64,000 nt of DNA, from assembly GCA_009103225.1 (NCBI GenBank), contig RHPI01003124.1, forward strand, positions 249,757 to 313,756, given 5' to 3'. The position numbers and the translations under genes were made by a program. Under the pieces are notes generated by a model. The model did no database searches. It was not told where the DNA came from and was given only the letters and a program-made list of their open reading frames with translations. This DNA comes from Chlorokybus atmophyticus. Its lineage: Eukaryota; Plantae; Mesostigma and Chlorokybus algae. Positions 15,501 through 28,386 of this stretch are shown here, piece by piece; within the stretch, counting starts at the first letter, position 1; each line of letters opens with the position of its first letter.

Positions 15501-17719
15501 CTACTCATGACTATCAACACGACTCTCATAGTACTCTCATAGTACTCTCATATTACTTCAACCATCACACACACACGCATGCACACGCCAGTACCACCGC
15601 CCCAACCCAAACACCCCCACTCCACCCCACCCCTCTCTCACCATCTTATACGCCCGTACGCAGAACGCGAGCGGTCGTTCCAGCCTGATCGCCCTGACCG
15701 CATCCATCCACGCGTTGAACCTCCTCGTGGTCGCGAGGGTGTCGAGGACTCCGCTGCCCGCGACGGCCACGAGGGGCGGGACCAGCATCAGCGCGTTGGC
15801 GAGGTCGATGAGACCTTGCAGGGAGAAGAAGTAGGAGCGGAAGGAGCCCTTGGAGTGGGACTTGAGGACCTGAGAGGGTGGGGGTGTGCGTGTGCGCGCG
15901 CATCATCATCATCATCACCATCAAGACAGGAACATGCGTGGCCTGACGGATTTGGGTGGGTGCACTGTGGTAACGGAGCCATGCATACACTCATGCACGC
16001 ATGGCGTGCTCGGCTTGCATGCGACCGACACTTCCACACCAGCACGCATGTACAAGACTTGTTTCGCGTACGCGGGTATCTTTGTCAAGTGTTGTGGGCC
16101 TTGTGCATGCAAGGATTATGCACGCTGCACGGGCAAGCAGCTAGTGAGTCAGAGAGATGTACGTGTACATGACAGTACGCAACTGCTGCAGGCCGACAAT
16201 GAGGGCTCAAAGCCCATACTAAAAAACATACAAATGCATGAATGAATGAATGAATGAATGAGTGAGTAATTCATGCGTTTATTCATGGTTCAATCCATCC
16301 AGGGTCCCATCACACATGGTTAGAATGTTGGTCAACCTAACCATTGATGCATCCATCAACCAGCCTTTGAACCATACATTCGCTCATCCATTCATGCAAG
16401 TCTAACCTCCAGAGAGAAGCAGGGTAGCAACAGCCCGCCAGAAATGATGTCTCCCCACCAGCGCGCCGTAAAGCGATACCTGCATACCACATTATCTTAC
16501 TCTCTTGCTCATACCAAAAACTGCAGTGTTCACATCTGATGCAGCGATCGAGTTTCACTGATTGGAGCGTTACCGTGCTTGGCGGTACTGGCCATAGGTG
16601 CCGACGACATAAAGGACAAAGGAAGCCACTGATGTGCATAGCTGCACGCGCACACACATGAACAAACATGTGATCATCAGTCAGTGATACAAAGCTGCAA
16701 TACGCAAACGTGGTGTGTGCATGGCTATCTGCTTGCAAGTGGTACCGATGCACTCACCCACAAACACCTGACAAAGACCACATTCGCCTCAAACCTGCAA
16801 AGTGTCAATGCGTGTCAGCCAGGCCACAAACAAGCAAGTGCCAACTACATACCTGCACACACGGACGCGCACCCGCACACATGCACATCACTATGACCAC
16901 ACGCATGCATGTGTGCCTGTGCCTGTACGTGTGTGTGGGTGGTCGCGCGTGTGCACGCACGCGACGTGTGCGTGCGTGTTATGTACACACATGTATGGCT
17001 ACATGTCATTGCACGCACACACGAGCAACTGCTCATGGATGTGGCGTGCACAACACTACTCTCAATGCTCACCACAGCGCGAGTTTTGCGAGCCAGTACG
17101 TCAGTTGGCGGTGACGACGGTCCCCTTTGAGCTTTTGTGAAGTGGAAGAAAGCAGCCTCCTCGTCGCACGCTCGCTCAGACTGGTGCGTCCCAACCCGCG
17201 CACACGCCATTGGGCAACCAACTGTTGGGGACGTGTCACATGTTGGGGTCGCATGTTGCGAAAGCGACACAACAGTCGACATGTGTTGAAACAACGCGCA
17301 CGCATGCTGGCACGCATGCACGCACCCAAATGAAACAAAACACCCGCACGCTCACACCCAAGCGAATCCTTGGTGGTTGATTGTTGGAGTGTGCACGTGT
17401 GTGGCATGCGCGTGGGCGTGCGTGCGTGCGCGCGCATGTGTGGGTGTGCATATGCATGTGTGCCTATGTGCATGTGCAGTTGTTTGAAGAACAACGTATA
17501 CTGCCCACGTATACTTACCCCGCGGAGGCGGGACTCAACGTCGGGTAAAGCTGAGGTGATAGATTGTTGGAGGTTGGTGAATCCGGAACCGATAGTTGTG
17601 GACGGCGTGGATGTTGACGTCATGGTTGATGTTGACATTGTGGACATTGTGTTGGCTCCGATGGCCGGGTTGCCATTGGTTACTGCCGTTGTGGGGCCGG
17701 TGGTGCCGTTTCCAGCCAT
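9595..17719 (-). CDS. BK/Slo-family potassium channel (transmembrane core plus tandem RCK domains), many exons
   Basis: Pore YYCVVTMATVGYGDISP (~14640-14705); S4-like MDAVRAIRLERPL; RCK motifs VERDLHRARVQDADAVFILND, IICVQEFKLVLLASNTAAPGVIPLIYNLL, VRFVAGSPLNIEDLARARV and FAAGMVY...LLCQNYYNP. C-terminus YVVVNPEKEAIVYPTDRVFVL* (TAG 9595). The start MAGNGTTG at 17719 is inferred. Confidence 0.9.
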
Positions 17720-18763
17720 ATCTGCTGCTAAGCACAAAAAGCAAGAATCAACAATGCAAGGGCAATGACAACAACAGCAACAACAACAAAAACAACAACA
17801 GCACTGTGGTCACACCATTGTATGGTTGGTTGGCCTGAATCATCATTCAGTACATGGTTACATGGTTACATCAGCAGCCTTGACCTGTTGTACTCATACC
17901 AGGGGTGTACTACACGTTGTCATGTATATAACAGGTCTGTACTGGTGTAACACTAAGACAATGCCACCCCACGCAATGCAGCCTGCCTTCTTTCGCAAAC
18001 CAAAGTGAATAGATTATGCTTCAGCAACCACACGCGTTGTTGATATGCATGCAACAACAAGAAAGGAGTGTGATCAAGCCAGAGGGAAGGGTGCGTGTGT
18101 TATATTGCACACGTTTATCGCAGTATATAACCGTACTATACATGCATCGAGGTATTGGTATGGGTAATAACTATCAAGAGATTACGATATTGATATTCGT
18201 TACTTTGCCATTCTCTGAGCGAGCTGCATAACAATGGCGCCCATGTTGATGATGACAACAACGATGACAATGCTGACGACGTCAAGTTGGTTGTTCACAT
18301 CATCATCATCATCACGAAGAAGCATTGCGAGCAGTACCCACACTGACCAGCTGTCAATGCGGCATGCTGCAGCCGAAACCCCAATGCTACTTTGTCTGTG
18401 AAAGCACAGCTTCAGCACTCAGCTCGAGCTGCATGGCAGGAGACCAGGCTGCGTCTGTCTCAGCTACGCCCCCGCTCCGCCTCCGTCTCCTCCTCGCCCT
18501 CATGACCTAGCACTCCACCAACACCTCCACCAACACCTCCTCCTCCTTGTCGCCACTGCCGCCGCAGGCCACGCACTGAACAGCGCTTTTTCTTGACGTC
18601 TTTGTTGGAGTGTTGTATGCTGCTTTGTTCAAACTGCTGCGGCAGCGGCGGTGGTGGAGGAGGGGGAGGAGGAGGAGGAGGAGCAGGAGGGAAGGGGATT
18701 GCGTCGACAAGCAGGAGCAGTAGGTGGTGGACAGGACAAGGACAGGGTCTCGGTTGACCACCC

Positions 18764-20260
18764 ATGCTTTGGGCGTTTGGGCTGTGTTTGGTGTTTTTCC
18801 ACTGCTCGGAGTTCCTGCTCACAGCTGCTCTCAACAGAAGAGACCTATCCAGACACTGTGAGTGAACAAGTGGTTGATTGGATTGCATGTTTCAAGCACT
18901 CACGCAGCCTGCTTGTGGAAAAGTTTGCATGCTAACCCCCAAAAAAAAGGCCCAAGCAAGAAGGCCTGAGACCATAAGCTGTTGAGTCTGTCAAGCTGTT
19001 GCCTCTGTCAACAGCTTGACAAAGCACCAGTCTATGATGTTGCTGCTGTTACTTTTGCTTAATGTTGTGTTGCTTTTGCGTCTGACGTATGGCAGCAGCC
19101 GTCATGCCTGCGTTGCGTGTGTGGGTGCATAACGTCTGCAAGCATCACATGTAACCGAATGCATGCACGCGCGCAAGCATGGAGACAAGCACGCAAATGC
19201 ACACATGCATGTGCGCGCTTGCACGCACACACAGGCACATAGACCCAGGCAGGTGCACACACTTACATGCACACACAGGCACGCACTCACGCGCGCATAT
19301 GCACACAGACTAGCACGTACGCGCACATAACACACACTTGCTCGCACACGACTCGAAGCATACATACACAGCAAATCAATGTTGCCACAACCATCATTCC
19401 ACCAGAAGCACTGAAACACAAGTGGCTGCTGACGCTGTGGTTCTATCACTTCAACAGCATGGCTGATAAGCAAGCCATACTTGCTTGCGATGTCGGCCGC
19501 CTTATCCGAGTACACTTTCTGGTCTCGGTGGGGTTGGGCACGTGCATCGATATCGAGAGAGTGTGGAGTATGTCGCGCTGCAGCAGTCGTTGGCATAACG
19601 CTTGTCATCGGCGGCGAGTGCGTGCGCAAGGCTGGGATGATCGCTGCTGGAGCCAGCTTCACGCACGTCATTCAGCACCAGAAGAGGCCGCAGCACGCCC
19701 TCGTCACGCACGGCGTATATAAGTGAGTGATTGTGCGGATAGGATGCACGCAGTAACTATGCGTGTGGAGGCTTTGATAGTGTACCTGTTGGAGGCGTGC
19801 AAGAGCATGCAAGTGTCCATGTGCGCATGTGCGGGTGCGGGTGCGCGTGCATGCAAGTGGGCATGTGTGTTTCGTGCGCAAACGTATGCGCGTATTACAC
19901 ATTTCCACGCACACGCACATGCACACAGACACATCTACGTATACCAAGCAGTTTTGCAGATACATAAGGCACCCTGGTTACGCCGGATGGTTTTATTGGG
20001 CGATCGGCACGCAGCTGCTGCTGTGTAATCCCGTGTGCACGATTGCGTTCGCAACAGTGGCGTGGCGCTTCTTTGCCGAACGCATACCGTAAGCATCATG
20101 TGGCATCGAGTTATTCTGGTTCAATAGCAACTTGAGATTGATGAGTGTTTTATCACATAACGTACACAGGTATGAGGAAGCTCTGCTGCGCAACTTCTTC
20201 GGCCGGCAATATGAAGAGTATGCAGCAAGGACTCCAACATGGATACCATTCATTGCTTGA
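18764..20260 (+). CDS. ICMT: Protein-S-isoprenylcysteine O-methyltransferase (ICMT/STE14), 4 exons
   Basis: Exon 1 (18764-18857) MLWAFGLCLVFFHCSEFLLTA, then WLISKPYLLAM...GECVRKAGMIAAGASFTHVIQ...LVTHGVY, IRHPGYAGWFYWAIGTQLLLCNP...FFAERIP and YEEALLRNFFGRQYEEYAARTPTWIPFIA* (TGA 20258-20260). Confidence 0.93.
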
Positions 20261-21194
20261 TGGGTTTGTTAATGTAGTATCGTATTGGCGTTTATGTTGA
20301 CACTAGTGTCATGGGCGTGATTGTTGTCGTGGTTGTTATATCGTTGTTGTGATACGCTAGCCTAGGTGGGCAGTTAATAGGTAGGGTGTGTGCGCGCATG
20401 CGTGTAGAGTGCAGAGGGTGGGTGTTACGAGGTTGGGAGAGCCCCCCTTGTTTGCCATGCTGTTGCTGTTGCTTACCACGCACACAGTTCTCTGCTGGTT
20501 GGGTATTGGTGCTATTGTACAGGTACAGGCTGATATGCACCGCAGATGCAACGTACAGCAGTAAGATATGTGGTAGAGATGCTGGGCTGTGCAGCGTATG
20601 CTGTAGCAGTAATGTTTGCATTGATGGCAACAGCAGGCAGCACATGACTCCCGCTCCCATTCGCGCACGAGACAGAATGGGAGCTCCTCCCCGCCATCCC
20701 CTCGCCCTCCAATTCTCCTACCTCGTGCGATTATTGTATTGTTTGTATACATGTAAGCCATGGCGGTGATGTCTTTCAGTAAACATAGCGATAGCATCGC
20801 ATAGCACGCGAGCGCGGGCGTAGCTGCACGCCACGCGGAGCAGGGCAAGCAGCCCAGAAGCCCACAACCACCTGAGACACTCAGACAATACCTCCTTGCC
20901 ACCAGCGGGCACATGCTGGGCGGAGGACCCGTGCTATTCCGCATGAGGCTCCCCCCACGAAGTCCTCCAACTTTTGCTCTAGGAGGGCGTTGTGCATGCA
21001 AAAGACTGCACCCGCACTGGTCGAGCGGCATCATGGCGCTGTTTCCGCCAGCGCGTGGCGTGGGGTGACGAGGCAGCGGCGGTGGCAGCCATGCTGGGAC
21101 GGGCGCTGTTGATGATGGTGCAACCGACAACGGACGTGGACATCGCGCTTGCAGCAGCGGTCTGAGGACGACACGCCAAGGTGCTGTGTAGCGG

Positions 21195-21408
21195 TGTTGT
21201 ATAATTAATATACATATACACATAGGTATACATATATATATGTATCTATATACATATGTATGTATACATATGTATATATATGTATACATGTATGCATATA
21301 TGTATGTGTATATATGTATATATACACATACATATATGCATAAATATACATTTATTTACATAAGTATATGTATATATCCATATATGTATACATGTATATG
21401 TATGTATA

Positions 21409-21458
<50 letters not shown>

Positions 21459-21910
21459 CATATGTATGTGTATATATATATATATGTATATGTACATATA
21501 TGTATATATGTACTTATAAATCATAAGACACCGCAACACAGCACGCGTGTATATACATATATACATATACGTACATATATACATTTGGTTATATACATAC
21601 ATATGCATGTATGTATGTGTGTATATATATAATACACTAAATATAAGTATGTATATATACGTATAAGTACATATATATATACATATATGTACATATATTA
21701 TATATATATGTACATGTATGTGTAATATATTTCGGTATATATATGCATAAACATGTATATATATATACCTATATATACCTATATATAGGTATATGTATAG
21801 GTATATATATTTAGGTATATATATATTATATATATACGTACATATGTGTATACAAATGTATGAATATATGTATACCTATATACTTATATAAATACGCCAT
21901 GTATATAGCT
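21195..21910. repeat. Degenerate (TA)n/(TATG/TACA)n AT-rich microsatellite tract of ~700 bp
   Basis: Direct reading; includes a pure (TA)n core at ~21415-21455 within an otherwise GC-balanced window. Confidence 0.95.
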
Positions 21911-21949
21911 AGCAAGGATGTGTTGATTGCGCTATGTATACGGGGTGCG

Positions 21950-22288
21950 GCATCATACATGCTGACTGATAAAACTCGCAGTAAAGTTGCATTGAAGCAA
22001 ACTCAAGGGTTCTTAAGGGGCCACAGTAGACAAGCCATTTGTGTGCAAACTATATATGCGCAGTTTCTTGCTGCACCTGTAACAATCACATCTACTTACA
22101 GGGCTCACTTCCTCGAGGAAGTGGCCTGGCTGTCGGACGATATGCAAGCCATGGGATACAACAAGCGCACCCTTCTACCCAGGCTGAGAGCGGTGATGTG
22201 GACACGACCAGGTTTTGTGTATGATTCCACATACAGGCATTTGTTTCATGTCATTGCTGCAGCTGCTGATACTGGTAATGACGGGTGA
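21950..22288 (+). mobile_element. Probable 5'-truncated relic of a Penelope-like (Chlamys/Naiad-type) retroelement, region C-terminal to the RT core
   Basis: The ORF segment LTDKTR...TIYAQF...HFLEEVAWLSDDMQAMGYNKRTLLPRLRAVM...RPGFVY...LFHVI follows the spacing pattern I recall for the PLE post-RT helical region (S/AQF...F...L...GY...L...R). It directly abuts the TA tract. Pattern recall only, no search run. Confidence 0.45.
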
Positions 22289-24228
22289 TAGGTGATTACC
22301 ACCAATGGGGAGCATTACTTTACATGCCCGCTGTATGCATGATCTCTCAAGTGCTTGAACTGTCCTGTCTAACCCTAATCCAAGGCCTACTGTTTTGGCC
22401 TGCAGCCGTTTTCGTGAGTTGCGTGCCAGGAACAAGGACGTCCCCGCAGCTTCCAGCGGCGGGGGCTGGTCGTCGTCATCAGCACTATTGTCGTCGTCCT
22501 TGTCATCCTTTCCGTCCAGTGTCACACTGCCTCACCCAAGCCTTTGCCTGCCTCCTACCTTGTGCAGGTAGTTTGGCAGGGCCATCATAGCTGCTACGGC
22601 CTGCCTACTGCCTGCCTCACTGCCTGCCTTGCATGCACATAGGTCCAGCCCCATAGCTAGCTAGTTGTATGTGCCTTGTGGTGGTCTATATTGCTTTGGT
22701 TGTTGTGTGTCCGCTTGGTTGCTTGTGGCCCCTCTGTTATACCCTATGCACAAGCCCAACCAGTCACCACCATCATCATATTCACACCACCACCGCCAGG
22801 CTATGTGCTCTCTCTACTCAGTTTAGCCACCCTCCACATGCACAACCCTAAGCAGCACATAGTCATTGGCATACTCGCCTAAAGGGGCCGGGGGTTATCA
22901 AGCACAAGAAAAGCGATGCAGCATTTCACCATGCGCGACACATGCATGTGACACACATAAGCACACTACAAGGTTTACACACCAACCCCACCGGCAGCAC
23001 CTAACTGCCAGCAACGACGCTGATGCAGCAAACCACCCACGACTGTCGGACATGACAATCAATGCATGCGGGGAGGGAGGGAGGGAGGGAGGGAGGAGGG
23101 TCAGGGCAGAGGGGCCCTCAGTGACATGCCAAGGAATTCACCGCCTGAGCAGAGACTGCAAGGAGAAGTTGACGGAGACGTGGGAGAGGGAGAGAGCGGA
23201 GGGGGAGGGAGTCATGCTGGTCTTAGCTTACACCTGCTGCTGACATGCTGGACGACCACAACTAACTCTTGACCGGCCCTGTGGGTAGGTATGATGACTG
23301 TGAGGATTGCTGGAGGGTCATGCGTGTTAGAATGTAGGCTAGGTAGAAGTACCGCATAGCCTGGCGGTGATAAAGGTGCTGTGCTGTTGATGATTGCATG
23401 CTGCCATGACGGTGAATGTGCATGTGATGCAAGCATGAGACAATGAATGCTATGTGCAACGCCATGCTACCATGCGTAATTGTCTACCCAGTACACATCA
23501 CACTTGCTACGTGCAGGTAATAGGTGTTGCTGATATGCATGCATGACTAATGGGGTCGGTGGTTAGTGTTGTAAGTGGTAGTGGTGGTAGTCAACGTAGT
23601 GCTGAAGAGCCGGGTGGTCATGTGTATAAAGAAGGTGCTAGTGAGCGTGCATGGCTGAGTTGGGGATGCGCTTCCTTAGCTAGCACGTTGCTTGAATTGC
23701 ATGCACGCTGAGCATGTCGCATCCTTTGTACAACCACTACTTGGGTATGGCAGTACGCTTCCGTCCGTGGCAGTGTGAAGAGTGTCAGCGGAGTCAAGCG
23801 GGATTTCATGTAATCACACAAATAGGCATAAGCTGCTACAGAAACCTACAACAACATTGGCAGAATATGAGAGACGGTCCAAGTAGTACAGGACCAAGAT
23901 AGCAACCAGTAGTTGCTCATGTAGTCTTCAATGTAAGAAGAACTCTTCGGGCTTCTCTATGTACAATGGCCATTCAGTGCACTGTGGCCAGCAACCTAAC
24001 ATTACAGATCAACTCCTCCAAATGCGGATTGACATCAGCTCGCACCCTACCCAACAGCAACTGCGCACACATTCCGTGCCTGCACAAGCAATACAAGCGC
24101 TGTTAGTTGCCAACTTGCAAAACGAGTAATGCATTTACTGCTGGATGCAGCCAGGAGCAATGGGCACCTGCCTTGACAAAACAAATTGTAGATATGTGGC
24201 ACTTACATACGTGCCTGTCAACTCTCCA

Positions 24229-27200
24229 TCAACGCCAATATTGCGCCCATCTGTGGATGGTTTCCACCATTTGCGGGAAGAGGGCAGACACAGAATCGTT
24301 GATGAGGGATTGCATGTACTGCACGGCCGCTTCATCATCTAAGTCAAGCCTGAACTTCTCCAGGAGCTTGAGCGCGCTGGTTTCCGGGTCCCTTGCTGCA
24401 GTGGTGGAACCCGCAGTGAGGCGGACAAGGTTCAGAATGAGGTTGGCTGACTTGCGCAGTATGTTGAACGCCTCACAGCAAAGTGACTTGAACTTGGCAT
24501 AATACGCGCTGTCGGCGCCACCCATGGCTTCGACCATCTCTTTACACAGCTTCATCGGAGGTGGAAAGGGCTTTGGATCAGCGCCCAGGATGTATGCAAA
24601 GTCGATGTGAAAGAGTCGGCCATCTGTTGTAACCATCAAGTTGTCCAAGTGTCGATCCCCCACCCCCAACACGTATGTTATCACGCAATACCCTGCACAG
24701 CTCCTCACAAACGTGCCCAAGGGGTCCTCAACTCCATGCGAATGTGCAGCAAAGAACCTTGTGATGCTCTTGTACTCAGCAAGGATCTGTACCAGGACAG
24801 GACAATAAGTAGACTGCCGGCATGCACAACCTCTGGTACTTACCCTTGCAAGAGTCATGGAGGGTACAAACTCCACCATTCCCTCATCAGGACCAGTCGC
24901 AAGCACTCTGTATGGTGTCATCTTAAGGTCAAGGTTTTCGCGCTTGAGCAGGCGGTCCATCAACGACAATAGCTGAATTACCTGCATCAGCGCACGTGAT
25001 GTGACCACATAATGGTTGCAGAGGAGTCTCGCAAGCATGTGTGACACAAATGTGGCAGCATGCAATTGGTGGACTTACCAGCTGATCCTGGCGCAGGTCA
25101 TCGCCCTTCTTGAAAATGACTTTGTGGACTCCTCCAGTGGACGCATCCATGCCACTGCTTGCTCCCTGATGCTGGCTTCTGAATGCCAGCAAGAGCGGGC
25201 TCATGACACTCTTGAAGACAAACGAATCCGCTGCTGATATACCGCCAATGGTCACTCGAGGACTAATGGGCAAAGGCACGCCCTGCATAACAACAACCTG
25301 AATGAGCTTGAATTGATTGTAATCAATCGATCAGGATATGTGCGGCTGGTACCTGATGTAGATCTGCAAAAGCGCCTTCTCTAGAAAGCATTGCACGCAA
25401 GCGCTCGGTCTTCTTCTGGGATCGCAAAGCTTTCAAGTCACGGACAGTTGCAGCAAGGTTGCTCACCAACTCGCCCTGTCGCTGGATGCCAATCCATACG
25501 GCATCGCCACCCTCTTCGCGTACGAGTGCATCCACCAGCGCAGTGTGTACATGCCCAAAGCGCGGGCCGTGCGCCTTGTCTTCAAACTCAACTGTCAGAT
25601 ACCAGTGCAGGAAATTGGCCAGATCAGGGCTGCGGGAAGCTCGGCCGACCAAGAAACGTGACAGCCGGCTATCATCTGCTGTTTCATGGCGCAGAGCATG
25701 CACAAGTTGGAGCAGGTACCCCTGCAGCTCCTCGTCATCAGTGCGCTCCAGGACAGCAACAGCGTGCGCGCGGGCGATGGGGCTTGTGACCTCTGGTGAC
25801 AGCAACTCTAAAGCATCTGCTGCACCAATTGGCATCCACGAACGAAGTAACTCGGAAGCCTGCCTCGCTTCATGTGCATCTCCCCAGTCCACGCACTTGA
25901 CAAACTTGGTCAGCGCGCGTGCATCCTGAGTCAAACTGTACCGAAACTTCCACAGCAGCTGCTTTTCTTCGCCACTCAGTGCCTGTAGAACAATCTCAGC
26001 ATGAAGCCCTGTGAAGCCAACACACAATGCTGCAACGTGTACATACCTTTGTTGGAGGAAGTTGCAAAACACCAGCTATGCGTTTGCGCTCAGCAGAGTT
26101 GGGCTTGAGGTCGCGATCAACAACACCGCCACCGCTGCGAGCAAGCTTCAGTTGCTTGGTCTCAGACGGGTTGTCACGATAGATCTCTGGGTCGACCACG
26201 CGAACAAGATCATTCTCATCCGTCAGTCGTGCAATAACCGGCACTGCCAGCTCCTGACAACATGCACGCGGGAAAGAGATGAAGTTCCATCTTATGAGGT
26301 CTAAGCAACACGTATTTGGACAGCTGCAGGCGAGCTACCTGAAAAATGACTGGGTGTTCAAAGCGCGGCAACTCGACCACAAGTTCTCCCCTATCTGCAC
26401 TGGTGTTGGCCGCCAGCTCGCGCTTGCGAATGCATTCAATCTTTGCAAAGGCTAACTGATCAAGCCAGTCGATGTGCGGGAGCTCGCCACGCTCATACCG
26501 CTTCAACAGCTTCTCCAGCCTGTGGATTTCACCCCTGCAACGCAACCAGCAGAAGAAGGGTGCTATGGTTAAGGATGGTGGTGAAAGAAGTGAACAAAAG
26601 CGAAGCACTGCTTCTGTACAAACCTTTCCTTTTTGGGGACTTTTCCAGGAGTAGATGTATCTAGTGACCCGTCTGCAGCACAGCCAAGCCAGACGCGCAA
26701 CTTCCTCCGGCCTGCTTTTAGCTGATTGGCTTTGCTGAACAAGCGCTGAATTGTGCCTCCAGCTGCTTTCGCACACCGAGGATGTGCAACATTCCACACC
26801 TGGTGGCAAATTGTCCATTGATTGAATTGCACATGACAGGCTGTGCAGTACCTACCAATGCTGCAACCAGGACGGTGTGAAGCGGAAGAAGTGCAGCGTA
26901 CCGTAAGAGCAAGCTGTGCATTCGCCGGAAGGTCTCGGATCTTGTAGGGAAGTGTCAGCCATTCTCCCCAGGTGAAGGATCCGTCCGCTGAAGCCGTGAC
27001 GTGAGCAGTGAGCATCTCGGGTCCCGCTGGTGTGCCATTGACAAATAGCTGGCATGCAACACACAGCTCCGCTTGTTCAAGGCTGTCAGCTGCAGCAGAC
27101 TTGTCGTCATCCTTCTTATAGTTCCAAGGCTTCTCAAAGCCTGGCTCAGCTCGCTTACGGCTTGCAACCGTCAACCGCTCGATACGAACACGAACCTGCG

Positions 27201-27617
27201 CAGAATGGAAAGCCATGTAGTCGTAAACACAGGTGCAATGCAAGCTTGCAAGCACAAATTGGTGCGTCATGAGTGCACGCTTGCACCCAAGGTCCAACTG
27301 CCAAGGAGGTGCAGCAATGCATGTGACCAACAGCTTGTTTGCCAACTGCATTGCCAAGGCAAGCAAACCAGCACACAGACATGACAGCTGCATGTTGCAT
27401 GCTGCTAAACCCAGCCATGAAAATGCGATCTGAGCAAAGGAATTACTAGCAAAGGAAGGCAGGTACGTAACCAAGCAGACAATGGCGCCTGGCTCACCGG
27501 AACATTGATGTCGCAGCTGAGGAAGAATCTGAAGTACTCCCCTCCGACTGCAGCGGTGTTTCCTGCAGCCGGCGGCGGCGGTAGCGTTCCACCCGCACCG
27601 CCGCCGCCGCGACGCAT
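24229..27617 (-). CDS. VPS34: Class III phosphatidylinositol 3-kinase Vps34, multi-exon
   Basis: N-terminal [14 protein letters not shown]; C2 domain [17 protein letters not shown]; helical domain [10 protein letters not shown]...[16 protein letters not shown]; kinase domain [23 protein letters not shown] and [21 protein letters not shown]; C-terminus [11 protein letters not shown] (TGA 24229-24231). Confidence 0.97.
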
Positions 27618-28386
27618 TATACCAGAGCGCCACGTGGCATGGCTACCGCCCCCGCCTTTGGCAGCGACCTGTGATTAAGGTTTCCACTTTGTTCATTGAG
27701 CCAACAAGCTGTGTTCACCGACCCAGTGACCTGGTTCACAGTCACGTCACACGTGCAGGACTCAAGCAGCTTGGCAGAGGACCGTTACTGGACTCAGCCT
27801 CAGCCTCAGATTTAGGGTTCAAGTGATTTGATCTGCCGCGGCGATTAATATTTTAAGTATGAACATTGTGGCAAGAGTTTCAGCACACGAGACATAAAGG
27901 CACGAACCAACACGAGACTTACCACGGAGAACTTCTTACGTAAAGTTCTGGTCTCATAGACTATCGTGCGCACCTGCTCAATGTGACGAATCTGGTGTAT
28001 CGATTCGGTTCACTTTTCAATCACAAACTGATTCACAGTGACCGAGAGTGAATCACGGTAGGAGGGGACCCCAGCTGCAAGTGAATCAGGCGGTGTCTGG
28101 CCGGATTAGGGTTTTGGCGGAGGGCAGTGTGCTGGTAGCTGGCGCCATGCGGGGCCGCGGCGGCGTAGCAGGCGGCGGCGGCGGCTGCTGGAAGCACGCT
28201 GGAGCTTGGTGAACGATTCCTGAGAGGCGCCGTTCATTGTCCTTAAACGTTTTCTGCTGGGAAACCGGCAACCGGTTGCACAAACAAGTCAGAGGGCTTG
28301 CTTAGGGGGATTGAGACGGGGCGCCAAGCTGGCTTTTGCGATAAATTTACTGTACATGTGTTGAGCTGTCAATCTGCTGCAGCAAA

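Noticed and set aside
10891-17333. Many Cys/His/Val/Ala/Arg-rich ORFs (CVCVRAC, HTHAHTR types) that resemble metallothioneins or zinc fingers
   Set aside because: They come from CA/TG/CG-alternating intron sequence of the channel gene; the same applies to similar ORFs in FPGS, ICMT, PUT, NDK5, VASt and PCCB.
21240-21632. Tyr/Ile/Met-rich ORFs on both strands
   Set aside because: These are translations of the TA-rich tract.
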